Positions 25,375 through 40,819 of a stretch of 64,000 bases of DNA are shown one piece after another. Location of the stretch: the NCBI RefSeq assembly GCF_009914755.1, contig NC_060931.1; one strand, written 5' to 3'. Each line of letters opens with the position of its first letter. Positions within the stretch are counted from its first letter, which is position 1. This DNA comes from the human T2T-CHM13v2.0 reference genome, Homo sapiens. Position numbers and translations under genes: made by a program. A model generated the notes under the pieces. The model saw only the letters and a list, made by a program, of their open reading frames with translations. It made no database searches and was not told the origin of the DNA.

Positions 25375-27690
25375 TGCTTTTTTAATCAAATTTTATGCCT
25401 TGTATTATAAACATAAATGCATATTATAACTATGAATTTTAAGTGCATAGTTTGACAAATTTTGACAAATGTACACACCTTTGTAACTGTACCACAATTA
25501 GGTTATAAAGCATTTACATCAACCCAAAACCCAAAACTTTGCAGGTGATGTGGTTTGGCTCTGTGTCCCCACCCAAATCTCATCTCCAATTGTAATCCAC
25601 ACATGTCAAGTGAGGGACCTGGTGGGAGGTGATTGCATCATGGGAGCAGTTTCCCTCATGCTATTCTCATGACAGTGAGTGAGTTCTCACAAGATCTGAT
25701 GGTTTAAGAATGTGGCACTTCTCCCGTCACTCTCTCTCACCTGCCACGATGTAAGATGTGTTTTGCTTCCCCTTCATCTTCCATCATGATTGTAAGTTTT
25801 CCGAGGCCTTTCCAGCCATGTAGAACTGTGAGTCAATTAAACCTCTTTTCCTTATAAATTACCCAGTCTCATGTAGTATCTTTATAGCAATGTGAAGATG
25901 AAATAATACAGCAATATTCTTCACCCCAACACCAGTCCCTGGAGAACACTAATCTGTTTTACATCACTATAGATTAAATTAAGCTTTTCTAAAGTTTTAT
26001 ATAAATGGAATCATACACTCTATTGCATCATGTCTGGTTTCCTTCATTCTGGATATTTTGAGAAATACTCCATGTTTTTGTGTATTAAAAAATTCTTTTT
26101 AAACTTAGTAGTATTATTATGTTATGACATACCATAATGTGTTAATCATTGACTTGATGATTGACAGTTGGATTGTTCTCAGTTTGGGGCTTTTATGAAT
26201 AAAACTACTGTAAATACTTGCACACAAGTTTTTAAATGAACATATGTTTTCATAACTCTTGGGTAAATAATTAATTGAATGGGATTTCAAGATTATGTGA
26301 TAAGTTTAACTTAATGGAATTTCCAAACTATTTTAAAACTTGGTGGTACTACTTTCATTTTCAAAAACACTATTGGAGACTTCTGTGTAGTGGTATTTCT
26401 TCTGGTTTTATTTTGCATTTCCCTGATGAAAAAAGAAGCATCCTTTCTAGGGTTTATTGGCTCTTTTTATACCCTGTATGAAATATATGTTGAAAAATTT
26501 TATTGAATGTCTTTGTTTATTATACAGTCATAAATGTTCTTTACTTATTCCTTACATCTACTGCATACAAATAAAATATATGTATTGCACAACTATTTTC
26601 TTCCAGCCTATGGTCTGGTTTTCTTTTCATTTTCTTAAAAGTGACTTTCAAATAATAGATTTCCATATTTACCAAATCAAATTTGTACAACTTTTACTGT
26701 ATAGTTTCTTTTCTGATTTTTTGTGTTTATTTAAGAAATCTTAATCTATCCAAGGTTAGGGAGATTTTCTTCCCTCTTTTCTTCCAAAAGTGTTACAGTT
26801 TCTATCTTTATGTTTAGGCCAATGATCAGTTTTGTGTTAATTTTTACATATGATGTAAAGTAAAGGAATTTTAAAAATATGAATATGTAGTTGTTCTAGA
26901 ACCCTGTTTTGAAGACTATCTTTCTCCAATGAATTGCTTTAGCACCTTTTGAAAATCAATGACCATATATGTGTGGTTATATTAATGCACTCTCTATTAC
27001 TTTTCATTCATCGACATGTATTTCCTTAGCCAATACTATGCAGTCTTGATTGCTGTAACATCGTAATTAGTCTTGAAAAAAGTAATGTAAGTTCTCTTTT
27101 TCTTTTTTCCTCAAAATTGTTTTAGTTTTCTAAGCTCTTAAGGTTTCCATATAAATTCAGAATTGGCTTGTCAACTCTGCAAAGAAAAGCTTGCTGAGAT
27201 TTTGGCTGGCATTTTATGGAATCCATGAATCAATTTAGAAATATTATCCATCTTAAAGATATCAAATCTTCCTACTCATGAATCTTATATACTTTCATAA
27301 TTTTTAAAAATTTTTCCCAGCAAGGATCAGTAGTTTTGAATGAACAAATTTTCATGGGTATAGTTAAATTTGTGTTAAGTAGTTTATGCTTGTTGATGCT
27401 GTTTAACCTTCAATTCCCAGTTTCATTTTTCCATATTTAGAAATACAATTAATTTTTACATTCGCTTTGTATCTTGTGATCATGTTAAACTCAATTGTTT
27501 GTTTTATACTATCTTTGTAGGTACACTTTAGTTTTCTATGTTCATAATAATGTTTTACGCCAGTAAAGACAATCTATCTAAATGATCCTTCTTCCCAAAT
27601 GGTACCTCTTTCCAAAGGGTATGTACCTTGTTTTATTTTCTTGCCTATCACACTAATAGAACTGCCAATACAAGATTGAAGAGAAGCACT
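25375..27690 (-). mobile_element. Old L1M (L1MD/ME-type) 3' portion, split by MSTA
   Basis: TTAAGTGCATAGTTTGACAAATTTTGACAAATGTAC 3'UTR motif, then degenerate antisense ORF2 sequence. Confidence 0.75.
25546..25910 (+). mobile_element. MSTA solo LTR
   Basis: TGATGTGGTTTGGCTCTGTGTCCCCACCC...GAAATAATACA; approximate TSD GCAGG/GCAAT. Confidence 0.92.
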
Positions 27691-27900
27691 AAAATAGTGC
27701 TCAATAGCTGATAGAAAAAATATCAACTATCTCAATACCTGATAGAAAAAATACATAGAAAGTTTCATCCTTATACTGCTTATAAGGAAAACAACTCAAA
27801 TATATGGAGCCAGATATGTTGAAAGTAAAAGAATGAAAAATTTTGAAGAGGAAAAGGTTATGCAAAATGTAACCAAAAGAAGACTGATATTACTATATAA

Positions 27901-28209
27901 TTTTATTTCTAAGAGACAGGATCTCACACTGTTGCCCAGACTGGAGTGCAGTGGCCTGATCATAGCTCACTGCTGCCTCAAACTCTTAGGCTCAAGTGAC
28001 ACTCCTGCCTAAGCCTCCCAAGTAGCCAAGAAGAAAGGCATTTGCCACTTGCCTCTACTTGGCTATATATATATATATTTGTTTTTTTGGTAGAGGCAGG
28101 TTCTTGCCATATTGGCCAGGCTGGTCTCAAACTTCTGTCCTTAAGTGATCCTTTCCCCTCAGCATCCCAAAGAACTGAGATTACCGGCATGAACCACCAC
28201 ATTCAGCCC
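27901..28209 (-). mobile_element. AluJ
   Basis: GAGACAGGATCTCACACTGTTGCCCAG...ATCATAGCTCACTG...CACCACATTCAGCC. Confidence 0.92.
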
Positions 28210-28285
28210 TGTAATATTTTGAAAATTGATTTGGTCAAAAAATTACTATAGACATAAAATGACAGTTCTCTAGGAAGCTATAACA

Positions 28286-28486
28286 ATTTTATCTTTTTTT
28301 ACTTTTAAGTTCATGGGTACATGTGCAGGTTTGTTATATAGGTAAACTTGTATAATGGGGGTTTGTTGTACAGGTTATTTCATCTTCCAGGTATTAAGCC
28401 TAGTACCCATTAGTTATTTTTCCTGATCCTCTCCCTCATCCCATTCTCCAACCTTCAATAGGTTGTTCTCCTCTATGTGTCCATGT
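28286..28486 (-). mobile_element. 5'-truncated older L1PA 3' end (~200 bp)
   Basis: TTTTAAGTTCATGGGTACATGTGCAGGTTTGTTATATAGG; perfect 13-bp TSD GGAAGCTATAACA (28273-28285, 28487-28499). Confidence 0.92.
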
Positions 28487-28796
28487 GGAAGCTATAACAC
28501 ATGTGTATACTCAATTTCATACTCTTAAGAAATACAATAATAAATAGATATACAATTATAGTGGGAAACTTCTGCAGACTATTCTGAATAGCTGATAGAA
28601 AAAAATATACAAACTATCAATACTGCTAATCAAGTAGGTATGAATAACTAATACACGTGACACAGTTGACATACATAAAGCACTGCACTCAAAAATTAAA
28701 GACTACATATAGTTTTCAGGTGCAAATGGAACATTTACCAATATTGCTCATATTGTAGTTTAGAGAGAAAGCTTAAATAATATTCACTCGATTCTG

Positions 28797-29144
<348 letters not shown>

Positions 29145-31265
29145 TTAAGCAATAAACTCTATTGTGCAAGGGTCAAAAACAACCACTGAATGTAGAAGAC
29201 ATTATGAAATGAATGACAATGAAGACACGCATATCAAAACAGCTAACACATTACAGAGGAAAATGTATGGTCTTACGTACACACTGTCAGGAATGTAAGA
29301 CCGAAAATTAATTAGTTGTTCCGATTTTAAAAAGCTAAAAAATTAATAAATAAAAAATTTTTAAAGTAGAAATAAAATAGTGATAAATACATAGTAGAGA
29401 AATTAATACAAAATTTAGTAAATTGTAAAGATTAACAATTCACTCCATAAGTAAAATAAATGAGTGAAATAAATCAATAAAAACACAGAAAACAAGATTG
29501 CTAATATCAGGAATGTAAAGATGATATTGCTCTCCCTTATTTTTTATTGATATGTAATAATAATATATATTTTTGGAGTACATGTGATATTTTGAAACGT
29601 TCATACAGTGTGTAATGATCAAATTGGGGTACTTAGGATATCTATCACCTGAAACTTTAGTCTTTTGATTGTGTTGGGAAGATTTCCAGTCTTCTCTTCT
29701 AGCTATTTTGAATATACAATAAATGATTTGTATCTATAGTCACTCTACTATGCTATCAAACACTAAAACATATTCTTTCTAACTGTATTTGCACCCATTG
29801 ACCAATCTCTATTCATGATCCCTTCTCCCACACCAGCCATTTCCAGCTTCTGGTAATCATTCTATTCTCTACTTCAATGAGATCAACTTCTGTGGCTCCC
29901 ACATATGCCTGAGAACAGGTAATATTTATCTTTTTATGCTTGGTTTATTTCACTTAACATAAAGACCTCCAATTCCATCCTTGTTGCCTTCAATTACAGA
30001 AGTTCATTATTTTTACAAACTTTTGAATAGCATTTCATTGTGTATATATATACCACATTTTCTTTACCCATTCATCCATTGGTGGACACTTAGGTTGATA
30101 CTGTATCTCCTGCTATTGTGGATAGTGCTGCAATAAACATGCGGGTGCAGGGTTCCCAATGATATACTAATTTCCTTTTCTTTGGATAAATATGTAGTAG
30201 TGTTGTTGCTGGATTGCATGATAGTTCTACTTTCAATTTTTTAACAAACCTCTATTTGTTTTCCATAATGGCTGGACTAATTTACATTACCACCAGTCGT
30301 GTATGAGAGTTCCCTTTTCTCTTCAGACTTGCAAGTATTTGTTATTTTAGTCTTTTGATAATAGGCATTCTAACTGGGACGAGATGATATGATCTTATTG
30401 TGGTTTTAACTTGCATATCCTTGGTTATTAGTAATGTTGGGCCTTTTTTCATACATCTTCTGGCTCTGTTTTCTTTTGAGAAATAGCTATTCGGATGCTT
30501 TGACCACTTTTTAGTGGGAGCATTTGTTTTGTGAGTATTTGTTTTGTTGCTGTTGAGTTGTGTGAGTGTTTTGTCTATTCTGGATGTTGGTCCCTTGTTG
30601 GATGAATAGTTTGCAAATATTTTCTCACATTTCATAGATTGTCTCTTTACTATCTAGACTGTTTTCTTTGCTGTGCAGAAGCTTTTAGTTTAAGCCTTAT
30701 TTGTCTATTTTTGTTTTTGTTGTTTTTGCTTTTAAATCCTTAGCCATAATATCTTTTCCTACACTAATGTGCTGAAGCGTTTTCCATATTATTTTCTTCT
30801 AGTAATTTTATAGTTTTGAGTCTTATGTGTTAGTCTTTAGTCAACTTTAAGTTGATATTTGTATATGGTATGAGATAGGGGTTTAGCTTCATTCTTCTGC
30901 ATACAGTTAATCGGTTTTCCCAGAACCATGTGTTAAAGAAGGTGTCCTTCCTGCAATGTATGTTCTTAGTGTTTTTGACAATATCAGCTGGCTCTAAATA
31001 CATGGATTTCTTTCTTGGCACTCTATTCTGCTTCATTGGTCTATGTGTCTATTTTCATAGCAATACCATATTGTTTCAGTTACTATAGCTTTGTAGCATA
31101 TTTTCAAGTCAGGTGGTGTGACACCTCTGGCTTTGTTCTTTTCCCTCAGGTACCTTGGTGACTTGGGCCTTTGTAGTTCCACATGAATTTTAAGGTGTTT
31201 TCTTCCTAAGAAAATGAAGAGTGCCATTGGTATTTTAATAGGGATTGCATTAAATATGTAAATAA

Positions 31266-31723
<458 letters not shown>

Positions 31724-32411
31724 ATTAAAATTCTTTAATCAGTATTTTGTAGCTTTCATTATAGAGGACAGTCACCTTATTGCTTAACTTATTCCCATGT
31801 TTTATTTTCTTATACTGATTGTAAATGGGATTCCTTTTTTGATGTCTTTTTCAGCTAGTTTTTAAAATTAGCATATAGGAATACTATAGGTTTTTGTATA
31901 CTGATTTTGAATCCTGAAACTTTACTAAGATTTGTATATAGTTCTGAGATTTTTGGTGAAGTCTTTAGATTTTTCTATATATGAGATCATGTCACCAATG
32001 AAAAGGGACAATTTGACTTCCTCTTTTATTTCTTTTGCTTGCTCATTTACTCTGGGTAGGACTTCCAGTACTATGTTGACTAACAGGAGTGAAAGTTGGC
32101 ATTCTTGTCTTGTTGCAGTTCTTACAGAAAAGGCATTCAGACCTCATTCAGTACGTCATCTGTTAGTTTGTCATATATATCTTTTATGATGTTGAAGTAT
32201 GTTTTTTTTTCTATGCCTAATTTGTTGAGCGTTTCTATCAGGAAGGGAGGTTGAATTGTATCCAATTCATTTTCTGCATCTATTGAGATGATCATATGAT
32301 TTTTGTCCTGCATCCTGTTGATGCAATATATTGTCGTTATTGATTTGTGTATGTTGAGCCATCCTTGCATCCCAGGAGTAAGTCCCACTTGATCATGGTG
32401 TGGTGTGTTAT

Positions 32412-32738
<327 letters not shown>

Positions 32739-33324
32739 TTGATATGTTCTTGAATTAAGTTTTCTGGTATTTTATTGAGGGTGTTTTCAACTTGGTTTAT
32801 CAGGAATATTGGCCTATAGCTTTCTTTTTTGTTGTGTCCATGTCTAGTTTTAGTATCAGGATAACAATGGTTCATAGAATGAGTTAGGAAGGTTTATAGT
32901 CTCTTCAATTTTTTAGAATAGTTTGAGAAAAAATAATGTTAGTTTTTCTTTATAGGTTTCGTGTAATTTAGTAGTAAAACCATTTGTTCCTGAGCTTTCC
33001 TTTGTTGGGAGACATCTTATTACTGCTTCAGTCATGTTACTTTGTGTTGGTGTGCTCAGGATTTCTATTTCTTCCTGGTTTATTCTTGGTAGGTTGTATG
33101 TGTTTAGGAGTTTATTTGTTTCCTCTAGGTTTTCCAATTTGTTAGCATATAGTTTTTTATAATAGGTTATCATGATTTTTTGTGTTTCTCTGGTATGTCT
33201 ACTTTTTCATTTCTGATTTTATTCATCTGGGTTTTTTTCCTCTTTTTTTTCTTAAATAGTCTAAGTAGTAGTTTATCATTGTTTTTCCTTTCCAAAAACC
33301 AACTTTCATTTTGTTGATTTGTTC

Positions 33325-34425
33325 CCAAGGATAGACATATATGCCAGAGAAATACAGAGCCCAGAACAGATCTGCATACATTCCTGACAAATATAACATA
33401 TAAAATGATAAGAAAAGGATGATCTTTTTAATAAACAGTGCTTGAGAAATTGTCTATATGAAGAAACTTAATTTATTATTTACCTTATATATTTTAATTT
33501 TAAACATAAAAAATTGAAAAATCAAACATCTCTTCACTTTTAAAAGAAAAAAACGAAAATCCTTATGACTTTGCTATAGGTAAATATTTAATATGCTAAA
33601 CATAGAATCCCTAATAATTGAGATACATTATATTAAGAACTTCCCTCCATTGAGAGAACAAATCATGAAGCCACTGGAAGGAAAATTTATTTGATATACA
33701 TATGTATTGCAAAATAATTGTATCCTGAATAGCACAAACCAATTAAAAATGCAGACAAACGCCACCCAAAAATGTACAAAATATACAAGCATTTAACGAA
33801 TATAATATTGAAATATAACAAATGAAAAGGTGCTCTAAATCCACAATGAAATACCATGAAACACCCACCAGAAAGGCTAAAATGACAAAAAAAAAAAAAG
33901 TTAAAAAAGAAAATAACAAAGCAGTGGCAAGGATATTCAGCAACTAGAACTCTCATATGCTTCTGAGGAGAGTCTGCAACATCATCTGAAAAAGTGCTCA
34001 CTATTATCCATGAACACAGACACAGCCTACAATACAGTGATTCCACCCTATGGTATATATTTCCCAAAATATGTATGTTTGTCAAAACACATACGCATAC
34101 ACAAACACATTTAGAAGTTCATATAAGCAGTATTTCAACAGCCTAAAATTGGAAATAAGACAACTACGGCAAGCAAAATAAACTTCACAAAATAATACAT
34201 AATGTAGTTTCCATTCATACAAAATTTTAAAAGCAGCAAACTGATCTATGATGTTAGAATTCAGGATGGTGGTTTATGCTGTGCTGGGGAGCTTGTGACT
34301 GCAAGAGCGCATAAGAGGAATTCTGCAGTGCTAGCAGTATATTATTTCTTTATACAGATGCTGGTTACGTGAGTGTGCTCACTTTGATTTGTGTGTGTTC
34401 CTGTACGTTATACTTCAATACATTT
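33325..34425 (+). mobile_element. Old L1ME-type 3' portion
   Basis: CAAGGATAGACATATATGCCAGAGAAATACAGAGCCCAGAAC...CTATGATGTTAGAATTCAGGATGGTGGTT...GTTATACTTCAATA. Confidence 0.7.
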
Positions 34426-34499
34426 TATTGGTGAGTTGTTGTGTATGAATTTGATCACTTCCCAACACCTACACTATTATTACTCGGATAACATCTACA

Positions 34500-35210
34500 C
34501 TATTATTACTCTGATTCAAGCTGTCATTATCCATTGACTTAATGTTTCTATAGCACCATTTCTTATCCCACCTATACCAATATCACAGTCACTATCTTGA
34601 TTCCTCTTCCATTTAGTCCTCACAGAACAGTCAGATTTGTTTTTTGAAAACTCTTCTACTCAAAGTTCTTCAATGGCTTTCTGTTTCACCAAGAGAAATA
34701 AAATCAGTGCTCCCAATGCTATACAAGTTTAAATATGCTTTGCTACCTCTCTAAGCTAATTTCCTTCCAATTCCTTCATTCAGGCCCCAGCTACATAGAC
34801 TTCCTTGCTATTATACAACAACATTTAGTGCTTCAGGCCATTTACACTAGCTGACCTCTACCTGCTACATTTTTCTATATATCTGCCTGGCTCACTCCCT
34901 TCCTTCCCACAGGTTTCCACTTAAATATCACCTTGGCAGAAGTGCTTTTCTTAATCACCCTATAAAATTGCAATCCCATTCCTCTTCAGTTTTCCCTTAT
35001 CACCTTGAGATTATTTTAGCTTTCTTCATAGCACTTATCAACACCTAACATAGCACAACTAATTTGTTTATGAATTTATTGTCAGTCCTTTTTGATTTAA
35101 ATGAAAGTTCTCTTAAGGGAGAGAGTTTATATGTTTTCTTCTTGTTTTATCTCCAGTACCTACAGCACTGGCCCCGTGTAGAAACTAAGTAAATATTTGT
35201 TGACTTAAAC
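34500..35210 (+). mobile_element. L2 (L2a-type) 3' end
   Basis: CTTCAATGGCTTTCTGTTTCAC, CTTCATAGCACTTATCA, terminus AAATATTTGTTGACTTAAAC. Confidence 0.8.
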
Positions 35211-35940
35211 AACTAATATCCTTAGGTGGATATGTGATGTGATAAAAATGTATAACTTTTTCCTCTCTGGATTGAAATTATGAGCTTGGAGTCCATACTT
35301 GAGAATCCTAGGCCTATATTTCCTATCTTACCTCTTTTAAAAACCCAATTACCACTAGATTCTCTTGATTAGCCATCATGACTCCAAGACTCATGTAGCC
35401 TTCCTAATTCTAGTGGAATATAGAATGGTTAGCAGGCAAGATAGAGAAACTTTGCCCACTAAGAGGTAACCAGAGAAATCCTATTTTATTGACTTCTCTT
35501 TTATTAGCCAGATGTGCCTATAAAAACTGCACTGAACAATATCTGTTTATAAGAATTTAAAAATTGTAAAACATCAAGATCAAACTATTTTCTAAACTAA
35601 TCATAAAACCATACATTTTAAAAATCAAAAGAAAATATGACTTTTTCATAAATTTAAACAAATAAACAAACAAGGAAACATAAAGTAACAAGGGAAAGAT
35701 AGTGCCAAAAGTTACATTTTGTAACTTTGCAGTATGACCATGCTGAGAAAATATTGAAAAAACAAGCACCATCACAAAGAATAATAGGCCATTGGGAACA
35801 TAATAAGGAAAATAGAGAACATGAGATTCAAGAAGCTCTACTGCAATCATTTTACCCCTGAGATACCTGTGGTGTTACAAACAACCACAGCCTTAATTTC
35901 AACAAACATTTATACAAGGGAAGTATGGGAACCATCAACT

Positions 35941-36710
<770 letters not shown>

Positions 36711-36839
36711 TTAAAATTATATATTAACTTATTTAATTTAATGAATTTCTTGTCTTATTTTTTTCTTTAACCTCTTTTTAGACAACTCCGGTTGGTGACA
36801 CAGATATAATTATGCATAAAATAAAACAAATAAAATACG

Positions 36840-39540
36840 TACCCCACAACAAACACTACCAGTGTCCACGTGCCTAGGCTGCGCCTTGGGACTAGCCTGC
36901 TCAACCTACCACTGACACCACTGGCACCCATGTGCAATGTCAGGGTGCCTGAAAACTGGTCTTCCATGATCCACATTCACCACCTAGGGACCTGAGCACT
37001 AGCCTGTCCAGTCTGCCACTGCTACCACAGTGTATGCACACCCAGTCCAGCTCGCAGAGACTGGCCTGCCCAGGACATACTACTAACACCAGTGCCTGGA
37101 TACACAATATAGGGGTCTTGAGAAACATGCTCCCTGGCTCTCTTGAGAAACATGTCCCCAGCAAAGCCTTACTACAGCCTCTACAAACAAGCACAGCCTA
37201 AGCCATTAGGAACATGCGGACACCACTGACATTGATTATAGCCAAAGAAATCATACAGAAACTACACTACAGTGCCCACTAATAACCAAAGCCAAAGTAT
37301 CTTATCCAAGTGGCATTATGAAAAAAAAAATCTACAGGAAAAATCTGTTTCTTTATGGAAGCTACTCAATAAAATTAAAAGAAGTGACGGTTACAAGAAA
37401 TGTATGGATGTAAATGAAAACATAAGAAACATGAGAAAGCAAGGAAACATGACACCTCCAAAGGAATAAAATAATTCTTCAGTAACAGACTCCAAATAAA
37501 AGAAAATCTGTGAAATGCCTGAAAAATAATTCAAAATGAAGACATTAAGGAAAATCAGTGAGATGCAAGAGCACACAAATAAAAAATACAGATAAATCAT
37601 GAAAACAATTTATAATCAAAGAGAAATTTAATAGAGATAGATACTCTAAAAAAAGAACCAAATAGAAACCCCAGAACTGAAGGATTTAATGATTGAAACA
37701 GAAATACGTCATCAAGATTGTAAACAATAAACAGGAGCAAGAAGAAGAGAAGATTTCTGAATTTCAATACAGGTCATTTGAAATAACCTATTCAGATAAA
37801 AAGAAAGATAGATTAAAAAAAGAATGAAGAAAACCTATGTGACATATGGAACACAATTAAGTGAATAGATATTGATTTTTGGGATTTCCATAAGGAGAAG
37901 AGATTTTCTTAAAAGTCGTAGAACCCCAATTTAATAAAGTAATAGCTAAAAACTTCCCAAGTCTTAGGAAAGTGTAAACATCCAAATACAGAAAATGAAA
38001 AGATCTCCAAACAGATCCCAGCCCAAGAATTCCTCTCTAAGGCACATTACAGTGAAGCTGTCGAAGTCACAGACAAAAAGAGAATTCTAAAAACATATTA
38101 CTGGAAGTCCTAGCAAGAGCAGTTAGGGAAGAGAAAGAAATAAAGGGCTTCCAAATGGGAAATGAAAAATTCAAGTTGTCCCTGTTAGCAGACAATATGA
38201 TATTATATTAAGAAAACCCTAAAAACTATATTAAAAAACTGTTAGAACTGATTAAAAACTCAGATAAGTTGCAGGATGTAAATCAACATTCAAAAATCAG
38301 TAGCATATCCAACAATGAACAATTAGGAAGAAAATAAATAAATCAATCCCATTTACAACTACAAAAATACCTAGAAATAAATCTAATCCAAGGAGTAAAA
38401 AAAAAAAAAAAATCTCTCCAAGAAAAACTATGAAATGATGAAAAAAATTGAAGAAGGTATACAAGAAATGGAAAGATGTCCCATGTTTATGTATTGGAAG
38501 AATTAATATTGTTAAAATGTCCATACTACCCAAAGCAATCTATATATTCAATGGAATCTCTCTCAAAATACTAGCATTCTTCACAGAAGCAGAAAAAAAC
38601 AATCCTAAAGTGTTTAAGGAATCATAAAAGACCAAAAATAGCCAAAGCAAATTCTGAGCAAAATGAACAAAACCGGAGGCATCATGCTACCTGACTTCAA
38701 AATATAGTACAAACCAACAGGAACCAAAACAACATCATAACTAACTGGCCTAAAAACAGACAGCAATCCCAATATTGGGTATATATCCAAAAGAAAGGAA
38801 ATTGATATATTGAGACATCTGCACTCCCATGTTTATCACAGCACTATTCACAATAGCAAATACACGGAAACAATCTAAGTGTCCATCAGTGGATGAATGG
38901 ATAAAGAAAATGTGGTAGCTCTACCGATTATAAAGCACGTGAATAAATTTGGGTAACATTCTTCACCAAAAAAAAAAAAAAAAAAAAAAAAGAAAATGTG
39001 GTATGTACACATATTATTCAGCCATAAAAAGAATAAAATCATGTCATTTACAGCAATATGGATTGAACTGGAGGTCAATACGTTAATGAAAAAATCCAAG
39101 CTCAGAAAGATAAATATTGTGTATATTCACTCATATTAGGGAGCTAAATAGCTAATCTTTTGAAGACAGAGAATGTTATGGTGGTTAACAAAGGCTAGAA
39201 AGGATAAAAGAAGTGGGGGGAATGAAGAGACACAAGTTAATGGGAACAAAAATACAGTTAGATAGATCAAATAAGTTCTAATGTTTGATAACATAGTAGG
39301 ATGACTATAGTTTTTAATAATTTATTGCGTATTTCAAAATAGCCAGAAGAGAAGATTTGAAGTGTGCTCAACACAAAGAAATGATAAACGTCTGAGGTGA
39401 TGGATCCCAGTTACCCTGATTTGATCATTACACATTTTATGGTTGAATCAAAATATCACATGTATCCTATAACTATGTACTATTTTTAATCAGATAGTAA
39501 ATGAAATGAAATAATAAAATACAATTTGAAAATAAAGTAA
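36840..39540 (+). mobile_element. L1MA-type element with two large internal deletions
   Basis: 5'UTR-like 36840-37400, ORF1 relic 37430-38090, jump into ORF2 at ~38093, second jump at ~38762, L1MA 3'UTR to ~39540. Confidence 0.8.
38918..38991 (+). other. 50-bp polyadenylated retrotransposed fragment (orphan transduction or extreme 3' mRNA retrocopy)
   Basis: GCTCTACCGATTATAAAGCACGTGAATAAATTTGGGTAACATTCTTCACC + A24, AATAAA at 38942-38947, perfect TSD AAAGAAAATGTGGTA (38903-38917, 38989-39003). Confidence 0.88.
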
Positions 39541-39890
39541 GAAAACAGTCCTGCAGTGATCACGTTGAGTTTATTTAATGCAGATAGTTATGTAACAAAA
39601 CTTGAATTTAAATCTTCTCTTTATCATGCATAATTATCTTTCCTTTAGATAATTCGACTTTTGCTTTGAGAATCAACACCTGGCTGTACCCAGGGTAATT
39701 AACCTCAGGTACCAGGAATAACTCTTTTCTAGATTTTGGAAAGCACATGCATTCAACAATAACGTCAAGTTTTCTTCATAAAAAGGGCCTTTCCTAGCTT
39801 CAGTTTTTTTCAAGGATTTTGCCTTAAACCATCTCAGATTTACTGTGGCCACTGCCTATGTGGAAGACAATGATTCTTTAAATAGTGAAG

Positions 39891-40157
<267 letters not shown>

Positions 40158-40733
40158 TAAATAGTGAAGATACCAGTAGTGATAAAGACTAGATCTTTGT
40201 TACCTGGGGGGAAAAATGTTTAGCTACTAAATCAAATACTCATATTAAGTTCATCATCCTGGCTCTGGTGTACTTTTTAGATCCTGCATTGCATGAAATT
40301 TCCCAGGGTCTGATCATGATTTTCCCAGACTGATATGACCTCAATTTACCTGGATTAAGACTAGCCTTAGTTTCACTTCTTGTTGATACCAACTTCCCCA
40401 ACTCCAATATTTACAACTTGTGCTTTGGTAATGCACCTATTTCTGGACCCAACTTTACAGTTCCTTCTTTTGATGTCTGCTGGTAGATTTCTACCATTCC
40501 ATTCTAGGATAGAATGAGATCCCCAAACCACTTACATGTTAATATGACCTCCTAAAAATCTGTTTCAGTTAATGAACCCACAATAGGTGATCACCTCGTC
40601 CACTCAGTTCTTGTACTTCTTGAGAACTAGTTGATATCATCAGTAAATCTCGGAGAGAAAACAGAACTTCAACTTCAGTAAGAATATGTTAAGATTTCTT
40701 TTATAGAAGTAAAGTTGGTTCCCATTTGCATAC

Positions 40734-40819
40734 CTTTCTTTGGCAAGATTAAGATTTGATAATAGAAATGCTTTTTGGATGGGCTTAATCAAATCTAAAT
40801 GGCCACCAAGGAACAAGGC
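40734..40819 (-). CDS. Candidate internal exon (ALFLGGHLDLIKPIQKAFLLSNLNLAKE-) of the unidentified spliced ORF
   Basis: Acceptor TTTTGCTTTTATGCACTGAAG|GCC, donor AAAG|GTATGC; 86 nt, only one frame open (phase 0 in, phase 2 out). Confidence 0.3.
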
